A DNA stretch of 64,000 nt, taken from the NCBI GenBank assembly GCA_951406725.2, contig OX597831.1, positions 43,028,001 to 43,092,000 of the forward strand, written 5' to 3'. Positions 11,439-24,377 of the stretch are shown here, in pieces. Each line of letters begins with the position of its first letter. Position 1 is the first letter of the stretch. Source of the DNA: Octopus vulgaris. Lineage: Eukaryota. The notes below the pieces were generated by a model, which saw only the letters and a program-made list of their open reading frames with translations, searched no databases and was not told where the DNA came from. The translations under genes and the position numbers were made by a program.

Positions 11439-11670
11439 AGGCGGCAAGCTGGCAGAAACTTTAGCATGGTGGGCGAAATGCTTAGCAGTATTTCGTCTGC
11501 CGCTACGTTCTGAGTTCAAATTCTGCCGAGGTTGACTTTGCCTTTCATCCTTTCGGGGTCAATTAAATAAGTACCAGTTATGCACTGGGGTTGATGTAAT
11601 CGACTTAATCCACTTGTCTGTCCTTGTTTGTCCCCTCTATGTTTAACCCCTAGTGGGCAATTAAGAAATG
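11439..11670 (+). mobile_element. tRNA-derived SINE, family B (Meta/MESC-like domain), with 18-bp TSD
   Basis: Central domain GAGGTTGACTTTGCCTTTCATCCTTTCGGGGTC..AAGTACCAG. TSD CATATATATATTAGAGAA at 11421-11438 and 11671-11688. Nested in a family A SINE. Confidence 0.85.
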
Positions 11671-12272
11671 CATATATATATTAGAGAAGGAGGGAGAGAC
11701 AGACAGACAAACAGACAAATAAACAGGAGAGGTTTCCACACTGTTTCTCTTTACCAATTTCGCTCACAAGGAATTGGTCAGCCCAGAGTATAGTAGAAGA
11801 TACTTGCCCAAGATGTCAAGATGTAGAACAGTGGGACTGAACCCAAAACCATGTGTTTGCAAAGCAACCTTCTTAACCATGCAATAATAAGTTTTCATTT
11901 TTTCTTTTCTTTTTGTTTTTTTTTGGTGTGTGTGACTTAGTTAGAAGGAAGGGATAGATCTGGTGATCTTTGCGGGCCTTCTGTGAATGGACTGACAAGA
12001 CTAATGCAGTTTATATTTGGCTTAAACATCTGTGAGGTCATGCTTGAAGAGAAGAAACAGAGATGTGTAACAGTGGTGGAGAGTTAATATCAAACAGTTT
12101 AATGTTTGGGGGTGGGGGTGAAAGGATTGAGCAATGAGTAATGTTTAGCGCAGATCCTGGGGTGCAAGAACAAAACACAGCATAGGCACAATGACAAAAA
12201 AAAAATACACATACACAGGTGTATTGAGTGAGCTTGAGTAGATGTCATATGCACTTTCATCTTTAACATCAT

Positions 12273-13281
12273 ATGATGATGATGAAGATAATGATGAAGA
12301 AGTGATGAAGATGATGATGATAGTGATGATGATGGTGGTGATGAAGGTGATGATGGTGGTAGTGGTGATGATGATGATAGTGGAAGTGGTCAAGGTGATG
12401 GTGATGTGGAGGAGAAGGAAGATGAGAATGATGATGGTGATGAAGGTGATGATGGTGGTAGTGGTGATGATGATGATAGTGGAAGTGGTCAAGGTGGTGG
12501 TGGTGGTGACGTGGAGAAGGAAGATGAGAATGATGATGGTGATGAAGGTGATGATGGTGGTAGTGGTGATGATGATGATAGTGGAAGTGGTCAAGGTGGT
12601 GGTGGTGGTGATGTGGAGGAGAAGGAAGATGAGAATGATGATGGTGATGAAGGTGATGATGGTGGTAGTGGTGATGATGATGATAGTGGAAGTGGTCAAG
12701 GTGGTGGTGGTGTTGATGTGGAGGGGAAGGAACATGAGAATGATGATGATGATAGTGATGATGATGGTGGTGATGAAGGTGATGATGGTGGTAGTGGTGA
12801 TGATGATGATAGTGGAAGTGGTCAAGGTGATGGTGATGTGGAGGAGAAGGAAGATGAGAATGATGATGGTGATGAAGGTGATGATGGTGGTAGTGGTGAT
12901 GATGATGATAGTGGAAGTGGTCAAGGTGGTGGTGGTGGTGACGTGGAGAAGGAAGATGAGAATGATGATGGTGATGAAGGTGATGATGGTGGTAGTGGTG
13001 ATGATGATGATAGTGGAAGTGGTCAAGGTGGTGGTGGTGGTGATGTGGAGGAGAAGGAAGATGAGAATGATGATGGTGATGAAGGTGATGATGGTGGTAG
13101 TGGTGATGATGATGATAGTGGAAGTGGTCAAGGTGGTGGTGGTGTTGATGTGGAGGGGAAGGAACATGAGAATGATGATGATGGTGGTGATGGTGATGAA
13201 GGTGATGATGGTGGTAGTGGTGATGATGATGATAGTAGAAGTGGTCAAGGTAGTGATGGTAATGTGGAGGAGAAGGAAGAG
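12273..13281 (+). repeat. Hierarchical GAT/GGT-rich minisatellite (102/105/105/120-bp monomers, 432-bp higher-order unit)
   Basis: Monomer starts at 12421, 12523, 12628, 12733 and 12853. Diagnostic variants (GAC, GTTGAT, GGGAAGGAACAT) recur at a 432-bp offset. Confidence 0.9.
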
Positions 13282-13400
13282 GTTTTACTTTAGTCCATCT
13301 TGTTACTTGTGTCCTAATACTTTCTCAGTCCAACTTTAAACACACTTCAAAAGAGCAAGCCAATGACGAAACTGAGAACACTATGTTTATGAGGTCAAAG

Positions 13401-13752
13401 CAGTGTTGGATTAACCTATTAGGCAAAATAAGCACATGCTTAGGGCATCAAGGGACAGGGGCACCACAGAAATGAAAATGGTCTACGGCACAAAAGAAAT
13501 CACTTTAAACCTGCTAAAATAATATTTCTAACGCTTTATAGAAACATGTTTTATGTAAAATTAATTTTAATGATAATATCGAAGGTGTAGGAGTGGCTGT
13601 GTGGTAAGTATGTTGCTTACCAACCACATGGTTCTGGGTTCATTCCCACTGCATGGTACCTTGGGCAAGTGTCTTCTACAATAGACTCGGGCTGACCAAA
13701 GCCTTGTGAGTGGATTTGGTAGACAGAAACTGAAAGAAGACCGTCGTGTATA

Positions 13753-13817
<65 letters not shown>

Positions 13818-14220
13818 ATGTTTGTGTATCTGTATTTGTCCCTCCAAAATCGCTTGACAACTGATGGTGGTATGTTTACGTCCCTGTAACTTAGTGGTTC
13901 GGCAAAAGAGACCGATAGAATAAGTACTAGGCTTCCACAGAATAAGTCCTGGAGTCGATTTGCTCGACTAAAAAAAAAAAGGCAGTGTTTCTAGCATGGC
14001 CGCAGTCAAATGACTGAAATAAGTAAAAAAGTAAAAGAGTAAATTTTTTAAAAAATGAAGTGGAAACACAAAAACAAACATTATTTTTCGTCTTACTGCT
14101 AATTTTGTTTCATTTTGAAAAACAAAAATTTATATTATGGTTTATTATTGTTTATATTTTGAACCATTTATGTAAGCCTTTTAAGTGCTGAGGGTCTCTA
14201 TGGGCCTTAATCCGGCCCTG
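13401..14220. mobile_element. Non-autonomous hAT element with nested SINE
   Basis: TIRs CAGTGTTGGATTAA / TTAATCCGGCCCTG; 8-bp TSD GGTCAAAG (13393-13400) / GGTCAAAC (14221-14228). Confidence 0.75.
13583..14041 (+). mobile_element. SINE family A, full length
   Basis: Complete head, internal (TA)n and GTAAAAGAGTA tail. Confidence 0.9.
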
Positions 14221-15157
14221 GGTCAAACGAGTGGTGTACTGAATCACATGGTCATAAGTTCAAACTTTACTATAGCCTTTTATGTCACTGACCAAGCTGT
14301 ATATTGACACAGTAAATATCAAACTTTAAAATAAGCATCAGAATCAATCTGTTTGCCTAAATCTTTCAAGGCAATTCCTCAGCATGGCTGCAGTCCAACG
14401 ATTGAAGCAAGTAAAAGATAGATGGTAAAGTTAAGTTATAGAGAGAAGAGAAACTAAATACAAATAAATAACATAGCAAAGGAATCTGATGATTGACAGT
14501 TTTTTAATTACCTGCCTTTATACAACTACTCCCACTACCCCCCTACCGCTACTTACCACCACCAAACAACCCAGATGAATCCAGCTCAATCGACATGAAC
14601 AGCTATAAGAAACGTTAGCAGCATGTCAAAGCTGATTAAAGGATTATGTAGAAAACAACGTCAGCAATAATATCATGCACACACATTCACATAATACATG
14701 TGTGTGTATGTGTGTGTGTGTATACATATTTTTATGTTTTGTGATTTTTAGTCAGTAGACCGCAGCCATGCTAGAGTACCAACTTGAAGGGTTTAGCTGA
14801 GCAAATCAAATCTAGTATTTATTCTTAAGTCTGGTTCTTATTCTACTGGTTTCCTGCAATGACCCACTATGTTTACTGGATGTAAACATACCAACACTGG
14901 TTGTCAAACAGAGGGTTAAACAAATACCAAAAAAAAAAAAAACAAAGACACACACATGCATACAGAGGACACACCAGCTATATGAGAACAAAACCTTTAA
15001 GAACCATAAGGGGCCAAAACTTTAAATATCCCCCAACCACCGCTTTTATTAGCCCCAACATGGAAGCTTCAAATTTAACACAGATGATGAAAAGGTATGC
15101 TGTTCTTGCCACCTTAACTGCCAGCTACAATGATTCAGAGATTGTGACCTTTTGTAA

Positions 15158-15404
15158 CCCTTAAGCATTTAACCCAAATAGTCTACCTATTTTATACTCA
15201 AACCAGCCAGATCCATTCCACATATTCCATCTATTTTCTGCTTAAGCAAGTCAGATCTAACCTCTCACACCTATCTGATGTCATTCTAAAAACAAGCAAT
15301 CACATTGTCAAAATCTTGAAGCTACAAGGTAATGCATGATTTAATTCATAATAATATAAATAAATAAGCATTATATTTGACAAAGAAATCTGAATGCTTA
15401 TGGG
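15158..15404. mobile_element. piggyBac-like MITE (degenerate)
   Basis: CCCTTAAGCATT ... AATGCTTATGGG|TTAA; homologous to 44392-44920. Confidence 0.65.
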
Positions 15405-15408
15405 TTAA

Positions 15409-16389
15409 ATGTCATCAGGTACTTTGTGTTCAAGATTAGAAAAGAGCTCTTGACCGTTGGTGGGAATGTGTCGTCTGTGTCCAAAGGAAAAAGACATTCT
15501 TGGTGGTCAGATATTGACAGAAATGTTGAGTATGTCCAGTAAACCCAAGGCATCATCAAAACCTTAGCATGTCAATGAGGACCATTGCCAATCACCTTCA
15601 TGTGTCAAATTAACAATTAGGTGTGTAGTGTTCAAAATCATAAGGTAGAGATCCTATGTTATGAGAAGAGGGTGGTTTATGCTCTATAAATCTCAGGAGA
15701 ACTGTGTAAACAGGTCGAAGAAGTTGCTGAACAAACTCAAGCATCCTGTGGAATCTAACATGCTATGGTTCCCACTGAACACCATGTTCCCACTGTACAT
15801 AGTAGTCTTGGGGGTGAGGAGCAATAACAGCCATGTCATTGCCTCCTCACTTTTTCCAAAAAGATCTTAGGGTCAATGCAGGTGCCTATACTGAGACAAT
15901 GAAGATGGTTGTCAAATCTGGATCAGAAGTTGCTCAGAAGAAGCTGTATGAGTTCCAACAAGACTCCTCCCCCTCTCACATAACTTGGTGTGAGACTGAC
16001 TTATATGGCCAAAAATTTTCATGATCATCTTAGCCCTAACTTTTGGCCTCCCAACTCTTCTGATTAAAACCTACCAGACTACTAAGTCTGAAGCATTGTT
16101 GAGAGCAAGACCAACAAACATGCCCACAATTCAAATGACTCATTGACATCAGCTCTGTTATTGGGGGCATTGTGAGCAACATAATCAAGATCACCCGATC
16201 AATGCATTTGGTCATCGCAGAAGCCCTATCGAGGCAGTAATCAAGGCTAATAGAGGTTCCAGGAAAAATTATTTTGATATGTGTATGTAAGGATATATGT
16301 ACCAAATTCTTTAAAAATATATTGATTTTTCAATAAATAAATGTTTTCCTTAAGTTGAAACTTTGTTCTTAAAGAGCTGATGCACCCTG
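15409..16389 (+). mobile_element. Degenerate Tc1/mariner transposon remnant (DD37D/maT-like)
   Basis: Frameshifted pieces PPHFFQKDLRVNAGAY, YEFQQDSSPSH and WPPNSSD; right end GCACCCTG|TA. The left end is missing. Confidence 0.7.
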
Positions 16390-17162
16390 TATGTGTGTGT
16401 GTGTGCGTGTGTGTGTGTGTGTGTGTACTTCTATATTTATATGTGTATATAAAAGTGTGTTTGCATCTTTGTCCCTCACTACTTCTTGATGATTAGTATT
16501 GGCTTGCTTATCTCCTTGTAACTTAGCAGTTCAACAAAAGAATCCAAAAGAATAAGAACCAGACTAAAAATAATAACTAGGATAATTCTTTTTTATTACA
16601 CCCTTTGAGATGGTGCCCTCGTATGGCCTCAGTTGAATAACTGAATCAACTAAAAGATAAAAGCAGGTCATTAAGCTACACATTCATGTTGCCACTCTCA
16701 CTGCAATTTAGTTCAGTCAACAGCAGATAATCAATTCCTATTCTTCAAGAGGAAGTAAAAGTTCAACCTTATTATCAACAATTTGTTAAACTAGTAAATG
16801 AAATAAACATGATGAAAGGATACATTAACGAATGAATAAAAACCTAAATAAAACAATTAGATAAATGAACGAAAACCATGAATAAAATTATCAATATAAA
16901 TATGTTACTACAGCCTTTACTTGGCTGTTTATATTGGTTTTGCTAACTACTATAGCTACTTGTGTGTAAGTGCCACTGTGTTATACTTGATTTTAACTAC
17001 AAAAACTGGGGTGTAGCTTATGCAGTGAGCAAAGCTAAAACAGCGAATGGAAAATAATCTTCTACCAAGATTTAATACTAAATTAGGGATGGGATGTAAG
17101 AGATACCAACTTGAATTCTCTGAACATATACATATATATCTTTCTCAATATATATATATATA

Positions 17163-17430
17163 CCTCTTTCTCTTGGACTCTCCTGACTTTGAAAGAACTT
17201 TTTCTTCACCCATTCCCGTCTGGTCATTTCAATATGTGACCGTGTGTGTATTGTCGGTGATTTTTTTTTGCTCTGTCTTCCCTTCCTTGGACCTTTCCTT
17301 TTTCTATGTTTCTGATGAAGAGCTCCGCTCAAAACGTTAAATCCTCCTTCTTTCTTTCCTTTCCTGAGCGTCCAATAACACTATACTTGTTCCATGTCCT
17401 CGTATTGTTGTGTTTTCTCTTTGTTCATGT
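17163..17430 (+). mobile_element. Hammerhead-bearing element (family H1b) between (TA)n tracts
   Basis: CTGATGA-AGAGCTCCGCTC-AAAACGTT (17312-17338; G12>A consistent with CpG decay). Homologous to 57500-57720. Confidence 0.7.
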
Positions 17431-17850
17431 ATATATATATATATATCACTTAAGCATTGTGTGACTATAACCTGCTGTAGAATCAGTGGAACAACCAGAA
17501 TGTGGTTAGCTGGAGAAAGAAAAATGGCCTCTGTAACTCACGACTGAGAGCCATTCCAAGTGAGCAGATTGGAAGAGCATGAACTAGAGTGTTTTGCTTA
17601 AGGCTACAGAGTGCCATCTGGTTCAGAAGTTAGACCAATGGCCATATGATCATGAGTGACCACTAGGGCACATGCTTTCACAATGTATGAAATATAAATA
17701 TACAAGTGTATGAATATATCAAAATACAGATGAATAAATAAGCAAATCCATAAAGGCATATCTTAATTCAGATCCAATATTATTATTACACACAATAAAT
17801 TTTACATTGTTTGAAGGAAAAATATGAGCCATGAACTATACACATACATA

Positions 17851-17920
<70 letters not shown>

Positions 17921-18013
17921 CACTTAGGCATTGTGAGACTATAACATGCTGTAGAACTCAATATACTTATGCTTCAGACTGAAGCATTAGTCAAGTAGAA
18001 AGAGGTAATGAGA

Positions 18014-18239
18014 AAATGAGATGACAAAGGAATAAATGATTATATTATGAACTCCATTAGCTGGCAGCTGTTTCTATTATAAGATGCAGTGTACTCATAG
18101 TTGAATGCCTCAGTAACACCTTATAACTTCATCAGAGCATTGAATATGAAGCGCATGAGTCCACTGCATCTTATAGCAGAAACAGCTGTAAGCTAATGAA
18201 GTTCATAAGATAATCTTTCATTCCTTTGTCATCTCATTT
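18014..18239. mobile_element. Diverged inverted-arm element with a minus-strand hammerhead motif
   Basis: Arms at ~18014-18099 and ~18156-18239. Minus strand: GCT-CTGATGA(18135-18129)-AGTTATAAGGTG..CATCTTATAA-TA-GAAA-CAGCTG..AGC. Confidence 0.6.
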
Positions 18240-18269
18240 GCTTTATAAATATATATATATATATATAAG

Positions 18270-18740
18270 AAGTGAAATCGAAATCAAATTCGATGACTGG
18301 CATCCGTGCTAGTGGAGTGCTAAGAGCACCATCTGAGCATGATTGTTGCCAGAACAGCTAACTGGCTTCCGTGCCGGTGGCACGTAAAAAGTACCACTCG
18401 AGCGTGATCATTACCAGCATCACCTCATTGGCACGTGAAAAAAAAACATTCAAGTGAGGTCATTGCCAGTGCCGCTGGACTGGCTCCTGTGCAGGTGGTA
18501 CGTAAAAAAACACCATTTGAGCATGGCCGTTACCAGTACCGCCTGACTGGCCCTCATGCCGGTGGCATGTAAAAGCATCCACTACACTCTCGGAGTGGTT
18601 GGCATTAGGAAGGGCATCCAGCTGTAGAAACTCTGCCAGATCAAGATTGGAGCCTGGTGTAGCCATCTGGTTCGCCAGACCTCAGTCAAATTGTCCAACC
18701 CATGCTAGCATGGAAAGCAGATGTTAAACGGTGATGATGA
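18270..18740 (+). mobile_element. RTE LINE 3' UTR fragment
   Basis: Colinear with 8752-9200; (GAT)n tail. Confidence 0.85.
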
Positions 18741-18930
18741 TATATATATATATATATATATATATAGCCTAAATGGAGGTGAACACCATTCCTCCATGTG
18801 ATCAGTTTGAATAATTAAGATATTTCTCTTAACATGAAACCAATGGTAGCTGTAATATACAAATAAAGAAACTTTATCCACCAATGCAGTGTTGAGCACT
18901 CATTCTCATTGTTCAACATTTATATGTGTG

Positions 18931-18969
<39 letters not shown>

Positions 18970-18973
<4 letters not shown>

Positions 18974-19256
18974 TTAAAAATAGGATAAAATTTTTATAAG
19001 AATTTATCAAGTAGTCAGCGTAAAAAACCTCATAAGAGAAAAAATCCAATTTTTTCACTTAAATATATAATTTATATTATATAGAGGGCATTACTACACA
19101 TAAATGTCACACACTAGAAAGGACTCTTACAATCAAGACTACTAAAATAAATAAGCATTTATAATAAACATAAATTTATTTTAGTAGTTTTGACTTTAAG
19201 AGTTCCTCCTAGCATGTGGCATTTATGTGTAGTAATACCTTCTATATAATATAAAT
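18970..19256. mobile_element. Diverged inverted-arm element in (TA)n
   Basis: Arms at 19070-19152 and 19174-19256 plus a one-sided extension at 18970-19069; no clear hammerhead core. Confidence 0.55.
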
Positions 19257-19331
19257 ATATATATATATATACACATACACACACACATATATATATAGAT
19301 AGAGAGAGAGAAAGAGAGAGAGAATAAACAC

Positions 19332-19503
19332 AATGTTCATTACCACCTAAATGCAGGTGTTCTATAAGAACAGCTGATCCTGCTATTTTAAATCCAGAAG
19401 AATGCTCTTCCAGCAACAAGCTAGAGGAGGCATCCACTCGGTGTTAAAATAGCAATACAGTCTGTTCTTATAGAACACTCATATTTAGGTGGCAATAAAC
19501 ATT
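19332..19503. repeat. Imperfect inverted repeat; the right arm is duplicated at ~19975-20015
   Basis: AATGTTCATTACCACCTAAATG..GTGTTCTATAAGAACAG vs CTGTTCTTATAGAACAC..TTTAGGTGGCAATAAACATT. Confidence 0.7.
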
Positions 19504-20086
19504 ATTTCTCAGTATGAATACTGCTTTTGTCTCTCATGGAGATTTTCTTAACAGGCTAGTTTTCTAGTTGCAAAACCAGAGACTGTGTAACACAGTTTTT
19601 CTGTATATCTAGCAGACAAATATTCTCCACTGAAGATAATCAAAATAAGGCCAATAAGGCCAAAATCATGTGATATAGTGGTCTCCGAGCTAGAATAGTA
19701 GGGAGTTCTCTCCCTGCTTGCAATATACGAATATAGTTTCTTGCTCAAGAACACAACACACAGCCTGGTCTGGGATTCAAACTTACAACCTCACGATCGT
19801 AAGCTCGATGCTCTAACCATTGAGCCATGTACCTTCCATATACACACACATGCACACATACATACACATGCACACACGACATTTACTTACAAACTGATTA
19901 CATATATTGAATGCAAAGTGCACTGAATAACCAAGTGGAAGTGGCATCTTCCTGGAGTTAACTAACAATATCATCTGTTCTTATAGAACACCCATGTTTA
20001 GGTGGTAATAAACATTAATTCTCATTATAAATATTTTCATCTCCAAGAAAGATTTTTTTGATGAGTTAGTTTTCCATATTTTTTTT

Positions 20087-20422
20087 AGACCCCCTTCAGT
20101 CATGACTGACCATGGGATTGCACCTAGAAAGTTACCCTCCCAGGCACAAGTCCGGGCAAGGTTGTTTTATGGAAGACCAGCAGTCGCCCATGCATACCGG
20201 CCTCCCCTCTCCATGCCACCAGTGTTATCCAAGGGGAAGGCAAAGGCCGATACAGCTTGGCACCTGTGATGTCACAACTCATTTCTACAGCTGAGTGAAC
20301 TGGAGCAACATGAAATAAAGTGTCATGCTCAAGAACACAACACACAGCCCAGTTTGGGAATCGAACTCACAACCTCATGATCGTAAGCTCGACGCTCTAA
20401 CCACTGAGCCAAGCGCCTTCCA
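20087..20422 (-). mobile_element. SINE family C, full length
   Basis: Head GGCGCTTGGCTCAGTGGTTAGAGCGTCGAGC..GAGTTCGATTCCC on the minus strand. Confidence 0.85.
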
Positions 20423-20998
20423 TATACACACTCATATATACATACACATGCACACACGACATTTACTCACAAACTGATTACATACATATCTTCTGTATGC
20501 GTGCAATTAAATATTTGTATATGAATGCAAATGTACCTAATGCAGTCTTGCATGTATGCATACACATATTTAAAAATATATGGAAAAAAAAAACATACTA
20601 AAAAGGAACCTAATATAAATCAATGGATAATCAGTGATTTAAATGATTTGCAACTTAGACGATTACAACCGGTTTAGTGTCATTAACGAAAACTTTCACC
20701 GGATAGTTAATTAATTTAAGCAGCTTCAAATTTAATAATAACCAACAATACAACATTGAACAATAAACCAAGTAGACAACACCTGAGTAGTTATGTTAAT
20801 TAATAATTAAGTTATTAACCTGATTTGTACATTTTTCTTGTATTCTTTTGTTGGATTTAGTCATTGGCCTCTGGCTATGCTAAGATGCCATTGTCAAGGG
20901 TTTTTAAGTGAGAGCTAGTGTGAGGGCAATTTGGCTGTTATTTCCAACACTGAACAACAAAGGGATTCCTTCATTGGTTCAATGAAAATACAGTTTGC

Positions 20999-21038
<40 letters not shown>

Positions 21039-22335
21039 ATATATGCATAGGCTTGGCTGTATGGTAAGAAGTTTGCTTTACAACCACATGGTTACATGTT
21101 CAGTCCCACTGCATGGCACCTTGAGTTGGGCAAGCATTTTCCACAATAGCCCTGGGCCAATCAAAGCCTTGTGAGTGGATTTCTGTAGACAAAAACTGAA
21201 AGAAACCTGCTGTGTGTGTTTGTGCGTGTGTTACTGTTTCTTTGCTTAGACAGTGTCTTTCATTTCCAGTCTTCTATGGAAACATGTCAGATCAAGGGGA
21301 ATATCACCCTATTTGGGGACAAGGGTTGGTGACAGGAAAGGCAACCAGTTGTAGGAAATCCATCTCAACAAATTCTACCCAACCACGCGAATACAGAGAG
21401 GTGGATGTTAAGATAATGATGATAATGATGTGTGCATGTGTTTGTGCATGATTACATGTATCCTTTCAAAGTGGTAAAGTATCATTTAAAGGAGATTTGG
21501 TTGCTATTTCTAACAGAGTGAGGAACCACACTGAAGCTCACTTGAGATAAATTATGCTTGCTGAGTGATTTAAAATGACACTCAAGCTATTGATGTAAGG
21601 TTTCTCACAATTGTTGTTGTTGTTATTGATACTATTTATCCCCAGGTGAGCCTTGATTGCATAAATCTTTGATCAAATAATTTCCAGCCATACCCATCAC
21701 ATCTTGTTAACAGGAATAATATATCTAGGACTACATCAGTCAATGTGTTCTTTCATTCTCTTCTTTTCAAGATAGAGGCAGTGATGTTAAGAGTAACAGT
21801 GACAGGATTGAATGTGGTGGTGGTCATTGTCGTAATGTCATACCTATAACAAAAGACATTCCTATAGTGACAATCCTGTCTTATTGTATATCTGGGACTA
21901 CATTCAAGGTGTACTTCCTTTTTTTGCTTTTTTTAAAGAGAATAACATGTGGTTCGAGAGAGATTTGACTGCTATTTATAGTAAGTCAAGCAGAGTGTAG
22001 ATGGAGAACCTTTTTGTAGCATGAGAGGTGGTGGCAGGTGCTAATTGCAGGTGCATAAGAACCTGTAGTGTCACATCTATGCCTAACAAAATAATGAGTC
22101 TTTAGTTTTACCAATTCCAGCAAGCCTTGCAATGGTGGAGGAAATAGGTGCAGGTATGGGTGTGTGGTTAAGAAGGTTACTTTACAACCATGTGGTTCCT
22201 TCTTGGTTCAGTTCCACTGTGTAGTACCTTGGACAAGTGTCTTCTAAGTGAATTTGGACAATGGAAACTGTGTGGAATGGAGGCCCATTGTGTGTTTGTG
22301 TTTTATATATATACATACACACACACACACAGAAT

Positions 22336-22960
22336 CATGGCTGTGTGGTAAGAAGTTTGCTTCCCAACCACATAGTTCCAGGTTCAGTCCCAATGTGTGA
22401 CACCTTGGGCAAGTATCTTCTACTATAGATCCAAGCCTTATGAGTGGACTTGGGAGATAGAAACTGAAGGCAGCGAGCTGGCAGAAACGGTATTTCCTCT
22501 GCCTTTACATTCTGAGTTCAGATTCTGCCGAGGTCGACTTTGCCTTTCATCCTTTTGGGATTGATAGATTAGGTACCAGTTACGCACTGGGGTTGATGTA
22601 ATCGACTTAATCCCTTTGACTGTCCTCACTATGTTTAGCCCCTTGTGGGCAATAAAGAAATAAAAAATTGAAAGGAGCCAATCGTACGTATTAATATTTA
22701 TATATATACGTATGTATGTCTATATACATGTATGTATATATGTGTGTGTGTATGTCTTTGCGTTTGGTCCCCCACTTACTGCTTGACGACAAGTGTTGGT
22801 GTGTTTATGTCCCCGTAACTTAGCGATTTGGCAAAAGAGACCAATTGGATAAGTACTAAGCTTTAAAAAAAATAAGTCCTAGTGTTGATTTGTTTGGCTA
22901 AAAACTCTTGAAGATGGTGCTCCAGCATGGCTGCACTCAAATGACTGAAACAAGTAAAAG
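22336..22960 (+). mobile_element. SINE family A interrupted by a family B SINE (~22468-22662)
   Basis: The family A head is broken at AAACTGAA and resumes at AAATTGAA after the family B copy. Confidence 0.75.
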
Positions 22961-24377
22961 GAGAACAAAAATACTAACGAGGAAGCTATTATGTGGTTGC
23001 AAAGTCTGCTAGAATTAACAGCCAAATCTCCTCCAAATCATACATTATCCTCTTAAAAAATAAAAGGCCACATTGGGTAAATGTAGTCCTAATTGCATTA
23101 TATATCATTATATATCCAATCAGAATGGGTCACAGCTAGAACGTCATAGATTATAGGCTTGCCAGATTAGGGCAGACCTGGGGCTAAACAGCAATAACGA
23201 TTCTGATAATAATGAACATGATCGGCTGGATTTCAAGATGAAAGATAAAGCAAAGTTGGTAGGAGGAAGAAGTGGAGCAGAAAGAGAAAAGGAAAGGGGT
23301 GGGCGAGTAATGGTTCAACATAAATGAATCATGGCTTCCAACTGGGCTGGTCCACACCCAGCATTGATTTATTATTTATTATTATTGTTGTTGTTGTTAT
23401 TGGTGATATTGCTGTGGATGGAGGTTGCAGTGAGGATTATCTTAGAAGAATATATTGGTCATAACAATGGTAGTTGTAGTGTTATTAGTTTGGGGTGGTG
23501 GTGATGGTGACAGCAGCAGTAGTAGTAGTGGTGGTGGTGGTGGTGGTGAGTGAGTGAATAATGGTTACTGGGGTAATGGTGGTATTTATGGAAAAAACTT
23601 TTAGTATATGCTGTTGTGTATGGGGAGAGTCATTTTCTTTTTGTGCCTTATAATTTAACACATGCACTGGTAAAATTTCCACTTATTTCTTATTTTTATT
23701 TTCCTAAAATTTTCGTTGTGTCTTGCAACCTTTTCAATAGTCTTCACTGTCCGTTATTTACACTGCATTCCTTTTTGTTTGTTTGTGCGCATGTGTGTGG
23801 CTCAGTGTGTGTGTGTGTACCTATGCAGAATTAAATTAAAAAACAGGACTGGTTTTGTTTATAGTTCCACTCCTCTAAGTTAGTCATTTCTACTTCTCCA
23901 AACCAAAAAAAAAAAAAAAGAAAGAAAAGGAGAACTAAGTATAATGAATCAGTCCACAGACACCTTTCCTGACACCCCATCTTCAAAATCTAGAGCCACT
24001 TTTCTTTTAGAGTGTTACTTTTTAAGATATTCTCTAGATACTCAACCTGTATAATGTAAACTTTTGATAGCTATCAGCAAAGAATCTGCTTGCAGCAGTC
24101 TTTCAGAAGACATTTGAATAACATGCCTCCGTTCATGAATCCAACCCACAACTCACAAGTATCTGAAGGAGGGCAAAGGAAGCATGGCCGTCTGTGGCAT
24201 TGCAATAAGGACAAGAAATCAGAGAACAAGAAAGAAATAAAGAGAAATCTGGGACTACAAGATGTTTTGGTGCTGCCATTTGGGCTTTGCCTGTTTGACA
24301 TCATGAACTCAATGCTGACCTTTTTGACATCAGACATTTCACTGTCTCTTGTTTTCCTCACTCTTTCTTTTTGTTTA

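Noticed and set aside
12145-13339. 367-aa T/I-rich and 365-aa M/V-rich ORFs
   Set aside because: Alternative frames of the GAT/GGT minisatellite.
17446-17960. ~37-bp direct repeat TCACTTA.GCATTGTG.GACTATAAC.TGCTGTAGAA after two TA tracts
   Set aside because: Too short and structureless to assign; likely a small local duplication.
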